Source of the DNA: a virus
Lineage: Duplodnaviria; Caudoviricetes
DNA: 38,376 nt
Reading direction: 5' to 3' (one strand)
Virus record (IMG/VR): IMGVR_UViG_3300042343_001141
Span: 1 to 38,376 of that record
The notes under the pieces are model-generated. The model was given only the letters and a program-made list of their open reading frames with translations. It did no database searches and was not told the origin of the DNA. Every line of letters starts with the position of its first letter. Position 1 is the first letter of the stretch. This document shows positions 1 to 7,874 of this stretch, in pieces. A program made the position numbers and the translations under genes.

Positions 1-45
1 GAAGGCGGTGGGCTCGACCAAGTATTTTTGTTGATGGGAGCGTAG
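1..45 (+). CDS. 3' end of a truncated gene (probably a virion/tail protein)
   Basis: Frame 1 reads EGGGLDQVFLLMGA-stop, 4 nt before the next ATG. An FLLMG-like C-terminus is common in aquatic-phage tail proteins. The window starts mid-gene. Confidence 0.55.
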   Translation, partial: EGGGLDQVFLLMGA

Positions 46-49
46 AAAA

Positions 50-379
50 ATGGCTACAGCATACAAGGTTCTCGGGCAGGTCGAAGTTTTGGCAACGACC
101 GCTACCACACTATATACCGTCCCTGCCTCAACGCAAACTGTCGTTTCTACGTTGGTTGCGGTGAACAAGGACGCGGCTTTGTGCACGATTCGGATCGCTG
201 TGCGGCCAAACGGGGAGGCTCTTGCAGATAAGCATTACCTAGTATACGATGCAACACTTGCTGCAAAGCAAACAATTGCATTTACGCTTGGTATTACGAT
301 CGATGCAAGTGATGTTATTACGGTGTACTCGTCAAACGCAGAAACATCATTTAATGCATTTGGATCGGAGATTTCATAA
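50..379 (+). CDS. Small beta-rich virion/tail-associated protein (109 aa)
   Basis: GGGAG SD. TTLYTVPAS...FNAFGSEIS is typical of small structural proteins next to tail fibres. TAATG coupling to the next gene. Confidence 0.7.
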   Translation: MATAYKVLGQVEVLATTATTLYTVPASTQTVVSTLVAVNKDAALCTIRIAVRPNGEALADKHYLVYDATLAAKQTIAFTLGITIDASDVITVYSSNAETSFNAFGSEIS

Positions 380-2286
380 TGGCTATTAATACCACAACAG
401 ACCTTAATGTAGTAGATACAAATCAACTTGTCAACGAATCAGTAACAACTGATAAACTCGATGGGCAGGCCGTAACAGAGGCTAAGCTTCATTCAAACGC
501 AGTTACCGAATCAAAGATTGCCAATGATGCTGTAACTGCAGCAAAGATTGCCACCGGTGCCGTCGGGGCCACAGAGCTTGCAAGCGCATCTGTTGGAACT
601 GCAAAGATTGATTCCGGTGCCGCAACAGTCAACCAGTTCCTTTCTGCAAATGGATCTGGCGGGGCTTCTTTTGCCAGCGTTGAAGGCACCGCGATTGCGT
701 CCACTGGCGCAACCGCTGGTCATGTGTTGACTGCAGGCGCTGGAGGAACGGCTACAACCTGGAGCGCGCTTCCAGCAGGCGCTGGAAATCTAAGCGTTCT
801 TTCTGGAACATCAACGTATTCAACATCAACGCAGGGGACAGTAGCCTGTGTCACAACTTCTGGAACTGGATATTTTGAATTTATTACCACTGGTGGTGGA
901 ACCGTAATTGTTGGTAATAAATCTCTTGACACTACAAGTTCATACACCATCTTAAGGGTATCTGCATCTGGGAATGCAATTAATGCTGTAGCAACCGCGA
1001 GCTTCAGCGTTTCTGCTGCTGGAACTAATTACATCGTCCTTAGCGGGATGGGATTTAATGCTGGAACTGTGTTTCTTTCCTCAGAAAACAGCGGAACTGG
1101 AGGAACGGTAGCAAGCGCAGTCATTAAAAAAATAGAAGTTGGAATGGGTGCAGGTGCTACGCTTTGGACAACTACTCTTTTAAATGCCGTTCCAACCACT
1201 GATGGTTCATATTCTAGTAATGGACCGTTTTCGTATAGCGCTAAAGGTGGAAGATATGCTTCAGGTCCAGATATTTGGTACTCTGGAGATATCAGGACTG
1301 GTGCTTGGGGAACTGGAACTCCTCGCATCGCATCCGTTTGGGTTGTAAATAACACAAGCGGCTCAGCCTATAGCGCACCATTCGGATCAGCAGGAACCGC
1401 TACTCAGGTCGCATCAGCAACCGCTGTGGTATTCGTTCCATCAAGTACCGCCGCAACAAACGGCACGATCCATGCGTGGGGAGTAGTCAACAGTGTGCCG
1501 AGGTATTGCACATATTCCGTAACTGGCACAAGTATCACCGCGCTGGCAACAGCAGATGGTACTGCTGCAACTGGCGCTAATGGAGCAGGTTCCGCGCATC
1601 CCGCTCCACTTCATGCACTTGTAAATGCTGTAACTTGGCTTACAACAAAGCAGAAAATTGTTATTGAAACGGATAGTGAACTTCAGGTTTGGGATCGTGG
1701 AATGACCACGATGGAACACTCTTCTCCTAAATCCGCTACTGTGTTTGATCAAAGGTATCTGGACAAGGGAGGATTTGACGAAGCGACCATGAGGGTCACT
1801 AATGCGCCAACTTGGAGGCAACTAGGCAATGTTGATGGCATGTTTGCGCCCATGGGAAGCGGGTTTGCTATGGACAGCAACACCTATAACTCCTACCGAC
1901 ATGTTTTGTCTGGCGCAGGATCGGCTACGGTTATTTTTGGTTCGTCATTTATTTATGGTCAAGCAAGCGGGTCTGCGTTCTGCTATCCGATGGCTGGAGT
2001 TGCTAAAGTTCCATTTGGTGGAACTTCAGCAAAAATCAGAGAAGTTACAGTCACAAATTCGCCATTGACAAACATCATTGCAGTTGACGCTGGTGGAGGT
2101 TTCCCAATAAATCAAAATGCAGGAACTACAATTACTAACGGTCCATTAACATTTATTGCTGGGACTGAACAGCCATATGTTTATGTAAGGCATACAATGG
2201 GAAGTAGCGTTCCAGGAACGGCAATTTCTAGCAATTGGATTCTTGGAGGATCTGCTGCCGTTAGGGGTCTTGAAATTAGCCTGTAG
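379..2286 (+). CDS. Tail fibre / receptor-binding protein (635 aa)
   Basis: N-terminal 10-aa repeats (VTTDKLDGQA, VTEAKLHSNA, VTESKIANDA, VTAAKIATGA) followed by a G/S/T/A-rich beta-strand body. Confidence 0.75.
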   Translation: MAINTTTDLNVVDTNQLVNESVTTDKLDGQAVTEAKLHSNAVTESKIANDAVTAAKIATGAVGATELASASVGTAKIDSGAATVNQFLSANGSGGASFASVEGTAIASTGATAGHVLTAGAGGTATTWSALPAGAGNLSVLSGTSTYSTSTQGTVACVTTSGTGYFEFITTGGGTVIVGNKSLDTTSSYTILRVSASGNAINAVATASFSVSAAGTNYIVLSGMGFNAGTVFLSSENSGTGGTVASAVIKKIEVGMGAGATLWTTTLLNAVPTTDGSYSSNGPFSYSAKGGRYASGPDIWYSGDIRTGAWGTGTPRIASVWVVNNTSGSAYSAPFGSAGTATQVASATAVVFVPSSTAATNGTIHAWGVVNSVPRYCTYSVTGTSITALATADGTAATGANGAGSAHPAPLHALVNAVTWLTTKQKIVIETDSELQVWDRGMTTMEHSSPKSATVFDQRYLDKGGFDEATMRVTNAPTWRQLGNVDGMFAPMGSGFAMDSNTYNSYRHVLSGAGSATVIFGSSFIYGQASGSAFCYPMAGVAKVPFGGTSAKIREVTVTNSPLTNIIAVDAGGGFPINQNAGTTITNGPLTFIAGTEQPYVYVRHTMGSSVPGTAISSNWILGGSAAVRGLEISL

Positions 2287-2299
2287 GGAGTTTTGAAAA

Positions 2300-2539
2300 A
2301 TGATTGAAAAAGTATACATTCGCGCTTCTGAAGATGGGAATATTGTTACTTGGGCAGAGCAGCCAATTGATAATGCGGTTGAGGTTTCTGATTTACCAGA
2401 AGATTTTCCAAAGTGGGTTTTGAGCAAGTACATTCTTTCTGGGAATCGGCTAATTCAAAAAACTGATTGGGTTGATCCAGTATATGAGGAAAATCCCGCT
2501 ACGGTATTAACCCCATATCAACGCGAGAATGAAGAATGA
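2300..2539 (+). CDS. Small acidic protein, possible tail-fibre assembly chaperone (79 aa)
   Basis: AGGGAG SD. Size and position directly after the fibre gene; function inferred from context only. Confidence 0.55.
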   Translation: MIEKVYIRASEDGNIVTWAEQPIDNAVEVSDLPEDFPKWVLSKYILSGNRLIQKTDWVDPVYEENPATVLTPYQRENEE

Positions 2540-2607
2540 CCAAGAGCCAAGTTGATTCAATCGTTGAGCGACTGGACCGGATTGAAACAATTTTGACTTT
2601 TAGGTAA
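2536..2607 (+). pseudogene. 23-codon ORF, possible truncated remnant (MTKSQVDSIVERLDRIETILTFR)
   Basis: ATGA-coupled to the upstream gene. The coiled-coil-like start ERLDRIE ends abruptly in AT-rich sequence. Confidence 0.35.
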
Positions 2608-2636
2608 ATTAATCGCAAAACTTTAAGGAGGAAGGA

Positions 2637-3818
2637 ATGCGAATAGCTTTAACAAGTAATGCCCCGTGGTCGCCAACCGGATACGGCGTTCAAGTATCTG
2701 AGCTTGCTCCAAGACTAAAACTTGACAACCATAAAGTATCGATTATGGCAAACTATGGCCTTGCAGGGACAACGATTGAGTGGAACGGAATCCCAGTAAT
2801 GGGGCAGGGTATGGATGCCTACTCTAACGACCTAACTCCATCTCAAATTAGGTTCTGGCTATCGCAACAGCCAGAGGAGCCTGGCATCGGGCTATCGCTT
2901 TACGATGTGTGGGTCTACAAATCTCCAGAATGGGACGAGATCCCAATGGCGTCGTGGACGCCGGTTGACCACAAGGTTGTTCCCGAACAAGTCAAAGAAT
3001 GGTTTGCCCGACGAGGCAAGGGCAAATGGGCAATTGCAATGAGCAAGTTTGGCGAAAGCGAACTGCTCGAGTCAGGCGTTGATCGCGACCGCGTATTCTA
3101 CGCGCCACATTCTGTAAATCAAATTTTTAAATCAAATAGCAATACCATAAGAAAAGACTTAAACATCCCAGAAGACGCGCATCTTACCCTTATTAACTCT
3201 GCAAATAAAGGCGTTACTCCAATTCGAAAATGTTGGCCAGAAATGCTTTTGGCGTGGTCTACTTTTGCTAAGAAAAACAAAGATGCTTATTTGCTAATTT
3301 GGACAGAGTTTTTTGGCCTTGCAAGCGGGGTTAGAATTGAAAGGCTTCTTCAGGCAGTAAATGCCCCTATGGACCAAGTGCGCATTGTTCCTCAATTTGA
3401 ATTTAGGCAAGGTCTTTCGCTTGATGCTGTTGCGGCAGCATACTCAACATCAGATGTCCTTTTGATGACATCCCGAGGAGAGGGTTTCGGCGTTCCGGCA
3501 ATCGAAGCTCAGGCTTGCGGAACCCCGGTAATCCTTACTGACTGGACTGCCCAAACAGAGCTGTGCGGTGCTGGATGGCTTGTCGATGGGCAGAAGGAGT
3601 GGGACGAACTGCAAACCGGATGGTGGAAGGTTCCCAACGTAGACCAGATTATCAATGCCCTAGAAGAGTCATACAAGCTAAAGGGAAACGATAAAGAGAA
3701 CAAGAAAATGTCTGAAAAGGCAATCTTGTTTGCTGAAGATTATCGCACCGACAAGGTGTATGATAGGCACTGGAGGCCAATCCTTTCCCAGCTTGAATTA
3801 GAACTGAAGGCAAAGTAA
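2637..3818 (+). CDS. GT-B fold glycosyltransferase, GT4-like (393 aa)
   Basis: N-terminal PTGYG motif and C-terminal SRGEGFGVPAIEAQACGTPVI (E-x7-E) motif. Strong AAGGAGG SD. Confidence 0.92.
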   Translation: MRIALTSNAPWSPTGYGVQVSELAPRLKLDNHKVSIMANYGLAGTTIEWNGIPVMGQGMDAYSNDLTPSQIRFWLSQQPEEPGIGLSLYDVWVYKSPEWDEIPMASWTPVDHKVVPEQVKEWFARRGKGKWAIAMSKFGESELLESGVDRDRVFYAPHSVNQIFKSNSNTIRKDLNIPEDAHLTLINSANKGVTPIRKCWPEMLLAWSTFAKKNKDAYLLIWTEFFGLASGVRIERLLQAVNAPMDQVRIVPQFEFRQGLSLDAVAAAYSTSDVLLMTSRGEGFGVPAIEAQACGTPVILTDWTAQTELCGAGWLVDGQKEWDELQTGWWKVPNVDQIINALEESYKLKGNDKENKKMSEKAILFAEDYRTDKVYDRHWRPILSQLELELKAK

Positions 3819-4202
3819 ATGTCGTTTAGCTTTTCTGATTTGGAACCAGTGCTCAATGACAACAGGGTCGAAAAGATTTCTGGAAAAATCAAGTTAGAAT
3901 TCCCAGATCTTTACGATGCTCAGTTTGTAACCTACCTTCAACCGGAACAGAACCTAGAAGGCAAGGGTGATGGTAAGGTTGTTAGCATTCCCCCCGTCGT
4001 AGTCATGGCTTTGATTTCTCCTAAGCCTAAGTCTCCTGGGTATTCTATTATGACAAAAGCAGCGGTATACCTAGATCATTGGATTGACACAGAGAAGAAG
4101 CAAAAGCACTTCGTTGGGGTCGAAGATCCTGCGTACAAGATCTTTAGAAGGACCGCAAAGGAGCACGCTAAGACGATGAGGAACCTTCGGGAGATGAACT
4201 AG
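3819..4202 (+). CDS. Hypothetical protein (127 aa)
   Basis: Abuts both neighbours in the same orientation; no motif recognised. Confidence 0.7.
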   Translation: MSFSFSDLEPVLNDNRVEKISGKIKLEFPDLYDAQFVTYLQPEQNLEGKGDGKVVSIPPVVVMALISPKPKSPGYSIMTKAAVYLDHWIDTEKKQKHFVGVEDPAYKIFRRTAKEHAKTMRNLREMN

Positions 4203-4417
4203 TGGCCAGGGCAGGAAGCTTCTCTGGTCCAACAGAACCGTACGGACAAACCCTTTCGGTTGTCAAGGCGCCAGACAATGTCGAGGCAGCCAAGTACGCA
4301 CAGGCTCTTATGGACCCATCGCTTGGCTTGACCGAGATCCAAAAGGTCGAGCTTCAGGGCAAGGTGGACGAGCTGTTCGGTCTGCTTAAGACAATTAAGC
4401 AGCTCCCGAACGCATGA
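4202..4417 (+). CDS. Hypothetical protein upstream of the terminase (71 aa)
   Basis: GTG start overlapping the previous stop; ATGA overlap with the terminase. Too little evidence to call it TerS. Confidence 0.6.
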   Translation: MARAGSFSGPTEPYGQTLSVVKAPDNVEAAKYAQALMDPSLGLTEIQKVELQGKVDELFGLLKTIKQLPNA

Positions 4418-5901
4418 CAGAACTAAGGGTACGACCAGAGCAAGCAGAGTTGATGGCGCTCCTCGAAAGGGGGCGCGATCCAATCGTCTTCTTTGAGGAG
4501 ATTCTTGGCATTAGGGTCAACCACGCGCAGCGAAGATGGCTAGATCTTATTCGTCCCGGCGAGGATGGTTGGCAGTGGCGACACAAGCTAGTCATCCACG
4601 TCGCGGCAAACCAGATCGGAAAGACCCTTGGTATTGCTGGCCTGATCATGTGGGCGGCAAACTACAAGGTTGGCGTCGATAAGTCCAGCCCAGAGGATTG
4701 GTTCAAATACCCATACCTTTGGATCCACGTTGCTCCAAAGCAACAACAGGCATACCTCCCACTCAAGGACATCCGTCTCCTGATGAAGGGCATCCACCCA
4801 GCTCAAGTAAAAAAGTTCCGGATGCCAGAGGGGTTTATCCGGGAAGTACGTGTAGAGAATTACTACGAAGGACTTGAGTTCTGGAACGGATCAGTCATCC
4901 AGTTCCGAACAAGCGAGGACAAGGCCCAGGCGCTCCAGGGATACCGATGCGCCGGGATTAGCTTTGACGAGGTTGGCTTCGAGAACCACCTGAAGTCCGT
5001 GGTGTACGAGACGCTCATGATGCGACTTATCTCTACCGGCGGTCCAATCCTTCTGGTTGGAACCCCAAACGGACTTACTGAATATTACGAGTTTGTTCGC
5101 GAGATTGTCGACCAGGGTGAACAAATTGGCGAACGACAATGGGTCAAAGATCAGCAGGCACTATGCTGGAGCCACGTCAGCGACAACGTTGGGTTCGGAA
5201 TTACGCAGGAAGAGATCAACAGGATGGAGGAGAACCTCGATCCTGCAACCAAGGAGCAGCAGCTTCGCGGTGCCTTCCTCGAGCCTGCAGAGGCCTTCTT
5301 CACGCCAGTCGACAGGATGCTTAAGGCGTTCAGCAAGGATGTCCCGGACAACCAGCTCCCAAAGCCTAAGCACCGATACGTCATCTTCTGGGACCCAAGC
5401 GTCGCTTCGGACCCAACCGCAGTGGTCGTCCTGGATGTAACGAACAAAGTCTGGGTCGGAGTCCAGTTTAAGCACTACCTTAAACCGCCGGCATTTACGC
5501 AGCTTGTAGCAGATATCTACTCGATGCACGCGCTTTACAACAGCAACGGGGCCGTCGCAATCACAGGATTCGACGCAACCAGCATGGGCGGGGCGATTGT
5601 CCGGCAAAGCCTATCTGGAATCCACCCGCAGAGGGGAATCAATTTCGGCGGGCCAACGATGAAGATCGGAAGCCTCATGAACTTAAAGGCGGCAATTACG
5701 GAGGGGAGACTGCTTTTGCCAAACTCATGGGCTCGGCTCCAGCGAGAGATTCTTAACTACCGACTCAAGGACGACAAGATCCAGCAAGACGCTGTCATGG
5801 CACTTGTTGGCGCAACAGAAATCGCTTCGAAGGGATACTCCGGGGCGCAAAAAACAAGATTTAGTGTGAACGGCCGTATCAGTCGCGCCGTTGCATGGTG
5901 A
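4414..5901 (+). CDS. terL: Terminase large subunit (495 aa)
   Basis: Walker A ANQIGKT, Walker B ISFDE, coupling motif GTP, RNase H-like nuclease acidic residues (IFWDPS...D; QDAVMAL). Lies directly before the portal gene. Confidence 0.92.
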   Translation: MTELRVRPEQAELMALLERGRDPIVFFEEILGIRVNHAQRRWLDLIRPGEDGWQWRHKLVIHVAANQIGKTLGIAGLIMWAANYKVGVDKSSPEDWFKYPYLWIHVAPKQQQAYLPLKDIRLLMKGIHPAQVKKFRMPEGFIREVRVENYYEGLEFWNGSVIQFRTSEDKAQALQGYRCAGISFDEVGFENHLKSVVYETLMMRLISTGGPILLVGTPNGLTEYYEFVREIVDQGEQIGERQWVKDQQALCWSHVSDNVGFGITQEEINRMEENLDPATKEQQLRGAFLEPAEAFFTPVDRMLKAFSKDVPDNQLPKPKHRYVIFWDPSVASDPTAVVVLDVTNKVWVGVQFKHYLKPPAFTQLVADIYSMHALYNSNGAVAITGFDATSMGGAIVRQSLSGIHPQRGINFGGPTMKIGSLMNLKAAITEGRLLLPNSWARLQREILNYRLKDDKIQQDAVMALVGATEIASKGYSGAQKTRFSVNGRISRAVAW

Positions 5902-7874
5902 GGGTTATGAACGAAGAATTGAATGCACTAGACAAGGCGCTTTCAGATCAGGAGGTCGTTGGACTAGCCCGGAGACGATACGCAGATGCTGAGCCGTATC
6001 AGTCTCGCCTAATCTCAAAATACCAGAAGGCACACCACTTCTACGCCCCGCTCTACGGCGACCAGTGGCCAGAGGACCTGGCCCAGCGCCCGGGTAAGAT
6101 CCACCTCAGCGTCAATATTGTTAAGGCCGCAGTCGATGTTGACTCGCGGCTACAGGCGTTGATCCCAAGGATCTCGCTCGTCCCTGACACGCTGGGGGAG
6201 AACGACCGACTCCGCGCAGAAGCTGCGGAGAAGATGATGCTTGGATTCCTCGACCTTTCTGGTTGGGATGTCTGGCTCCCAGACCTTACCAAGACGAAGT
6301 GCCTTTACGGAAAGGGCATCCTCAAGCCGTACTGGAACAAGCGCGATAACCGCCCCGACGTTGTTATTATCGAGAACCCCGCTAACCTTCGTGTTGGTTG
6401 GGGTTCTTCTGATTATCGGGCAATTGACTGGGCGATCTACGAATACCTCCTGTCTCCTCTCGAGGCAATGAGCCAATTCCCTGACGTCGACATCAAGTCG
6501 ACCGGGGACAAGAAGACTCCGTTCGTGGTCGCGCGCGGGGGCGGTAACCACACCGACCCTCTCAACCAGAGGAGCTCACCGCTACCAACCGACAAGAACC
6601 TAATCCGAACGCCAATCAACCGTGAGCGCAGCCAGTACGAGCAGAGCCAAGTTCGTGTATGGGACTACTGGTACAAGGACCTTGAAGGCATCGTTCACAA
6701 CGCTACCCTCATCGAGGGCCAGCTTGCCACGGGTCCTACTGTCCACCGTGAACTTCCGGACATCCCGTTCATCATCATCGAGAACGACCACGAACCAGGT
6801 AGCCCAGAGGGCGTAAGCACTGCAGAGGGCATCTACGACATTCAGATCGAGATGAACCGAGCAATCAGCCACTGGGCCCAGCTCGTTGCAGACGAGATCG
6901 ACCCGGCATGGCAGCTCACCGGCGACAACGCCGACAGCGTGCCAGGCGGTATCGTTCCGAAGGGTGGCGAGATTATCGCTGCCGGTGCTGGCAACAGGAT
7001 TGATCCAATCATCAAGCCGGTCAACCAGTTCCCAATCCAGTCCCTGATGCAGGAGTTCTGGAACCTATTCTACAAAACAACCGGTCTTTCGGAGATCGTG
7101 TTCGGATCAATGCCGTCAGCCGGTACGTCCGGCCGCGCGCTCGCGATCCAGGTTGAGTCAGTTGCAAACCGAATGGATCCGAAGCGACGACGCCTCTATC
7201 AGGGACTTCGCGAGATGCTGATCTTCTGGACATTCATGACAGAGAAGGTCAACCCGAAGGTTGATGTCAAGATGCCAGACGGAACCATGGAGAAGCGTGG
7301 TGTTGGCGATCTGTTCGAAGGTCTTCGACGATGGAAGATCATTGCGCCAGAGCTTACGCCACGAGACGTCATCGAGAACACCACCAACGAAATCAACAAG
7401 ATTAACTCCAGGGTTACCTCGCTGCGAAGCGCCATGGACAACCTTGGTGTCGACTCTCCAGAGGACGAGCTCAAGCTTATCCAGTTGGAGCGATCGAACC
7501 CGCAACTATTCCCAGGCGACGTCCAGGCGTGGGTTGCCGTGCTGAACATGGTCCAGAGCATGCAGGCCCAGCAGGCCCAGCTACAGGCCACCCAGCAGGC
7601 CCTACAAGCCCCGCAGCAGGCAGCATTGGGGGTTAGCCCCCTAGCGGCCTCTGAGTCAGGCGCAGCGGCCGCCCAGAACACCGCCTTCGAAATGCAGCCA
7701 GCCCTTGGTCAGGACATGAACCAGGCCGGTCCTACGCAGCCGATGACGGCACCAGGTGGACCGTCACCAGAGGGTAGCAACGCGCCAGGCAGTCTTCCTA
7801 GTTCTCTAGTCCGAAGCACACCTACGGGCCAAGCAACAGCAACCCAGCAAGTCATCATCCCGGGGAGGAGATAA
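5895..7874 (+). CDS. Portal (head-tail connector) protein, P22/T7-like (659 aa)
   Basis: Follows TerL. Motifs YGKGILKPYW, IPFIII...GVS...IYDIQIEMNR and SGRALAIQ; Q/A/P-rich C-terminal tail typical of podovirus-type portals. Confidence 0.85.
   Translation: MVRVMNEELNALDKALSDQEVVGLARRRYADAEPYQSRLISKYQKAHHFYAPLYGDQWPEDLAQRPGKIHLSVNIVKAAVDVDSRLQALIPRISLVPDTLGENDRLRAEAAEKMMLGFLDLSGWDVWLPDLTKTKCLYGKGILKPYWNKRDNRPDVVIIENPANLRVGWGSSDYRAIDWAIYEYLLSPLEAMSQFPDVDIKSTGDKKTPFVVARGGGNHTDPLNQRSSPLPTDKNLIRTPINRERSQYEQSQVRVWDYWYKDLEGIVHNATLIEGQLATGPTVHRELPDIPFIIIENDHEPGSPEGVSTAEGIYDIQIEMNRAISHWAQLVADEIDPAWQLTGDNADSVPGGIVPKGGEIIAAGAGNRIDPIIKPVNQFPIQSLMQEFWNLFYKTTGLSEIVFGSMPSAGTSGRALAIQVESVANRMDPKRRRLYQGLREMLIFWTFMTEKVNPKVDVKMPDGTMEKRGVGDLFEGLRRWKIIAPELTPRDVIENTTNEINKINSRVTSLRSAMDNLGVDSPEDELKLIQLERSNPQLFPGDVQAWVAVLNMVQSMQAQQAQLQATQQALQAPQQAALGVSPLAASESGAAAAQNTAFEMQPALGQDMNQAGPTQPMTAPGGPSPEGSNAPGSLPSSLVRSTPTGQATATQQVIIPGRR

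Noticed and set aside
4202-4417. Small terminase subunit
   Set aside because: The position fits, but it is only 71 aa with no recognisable HTH, so it is left as hypothetical.
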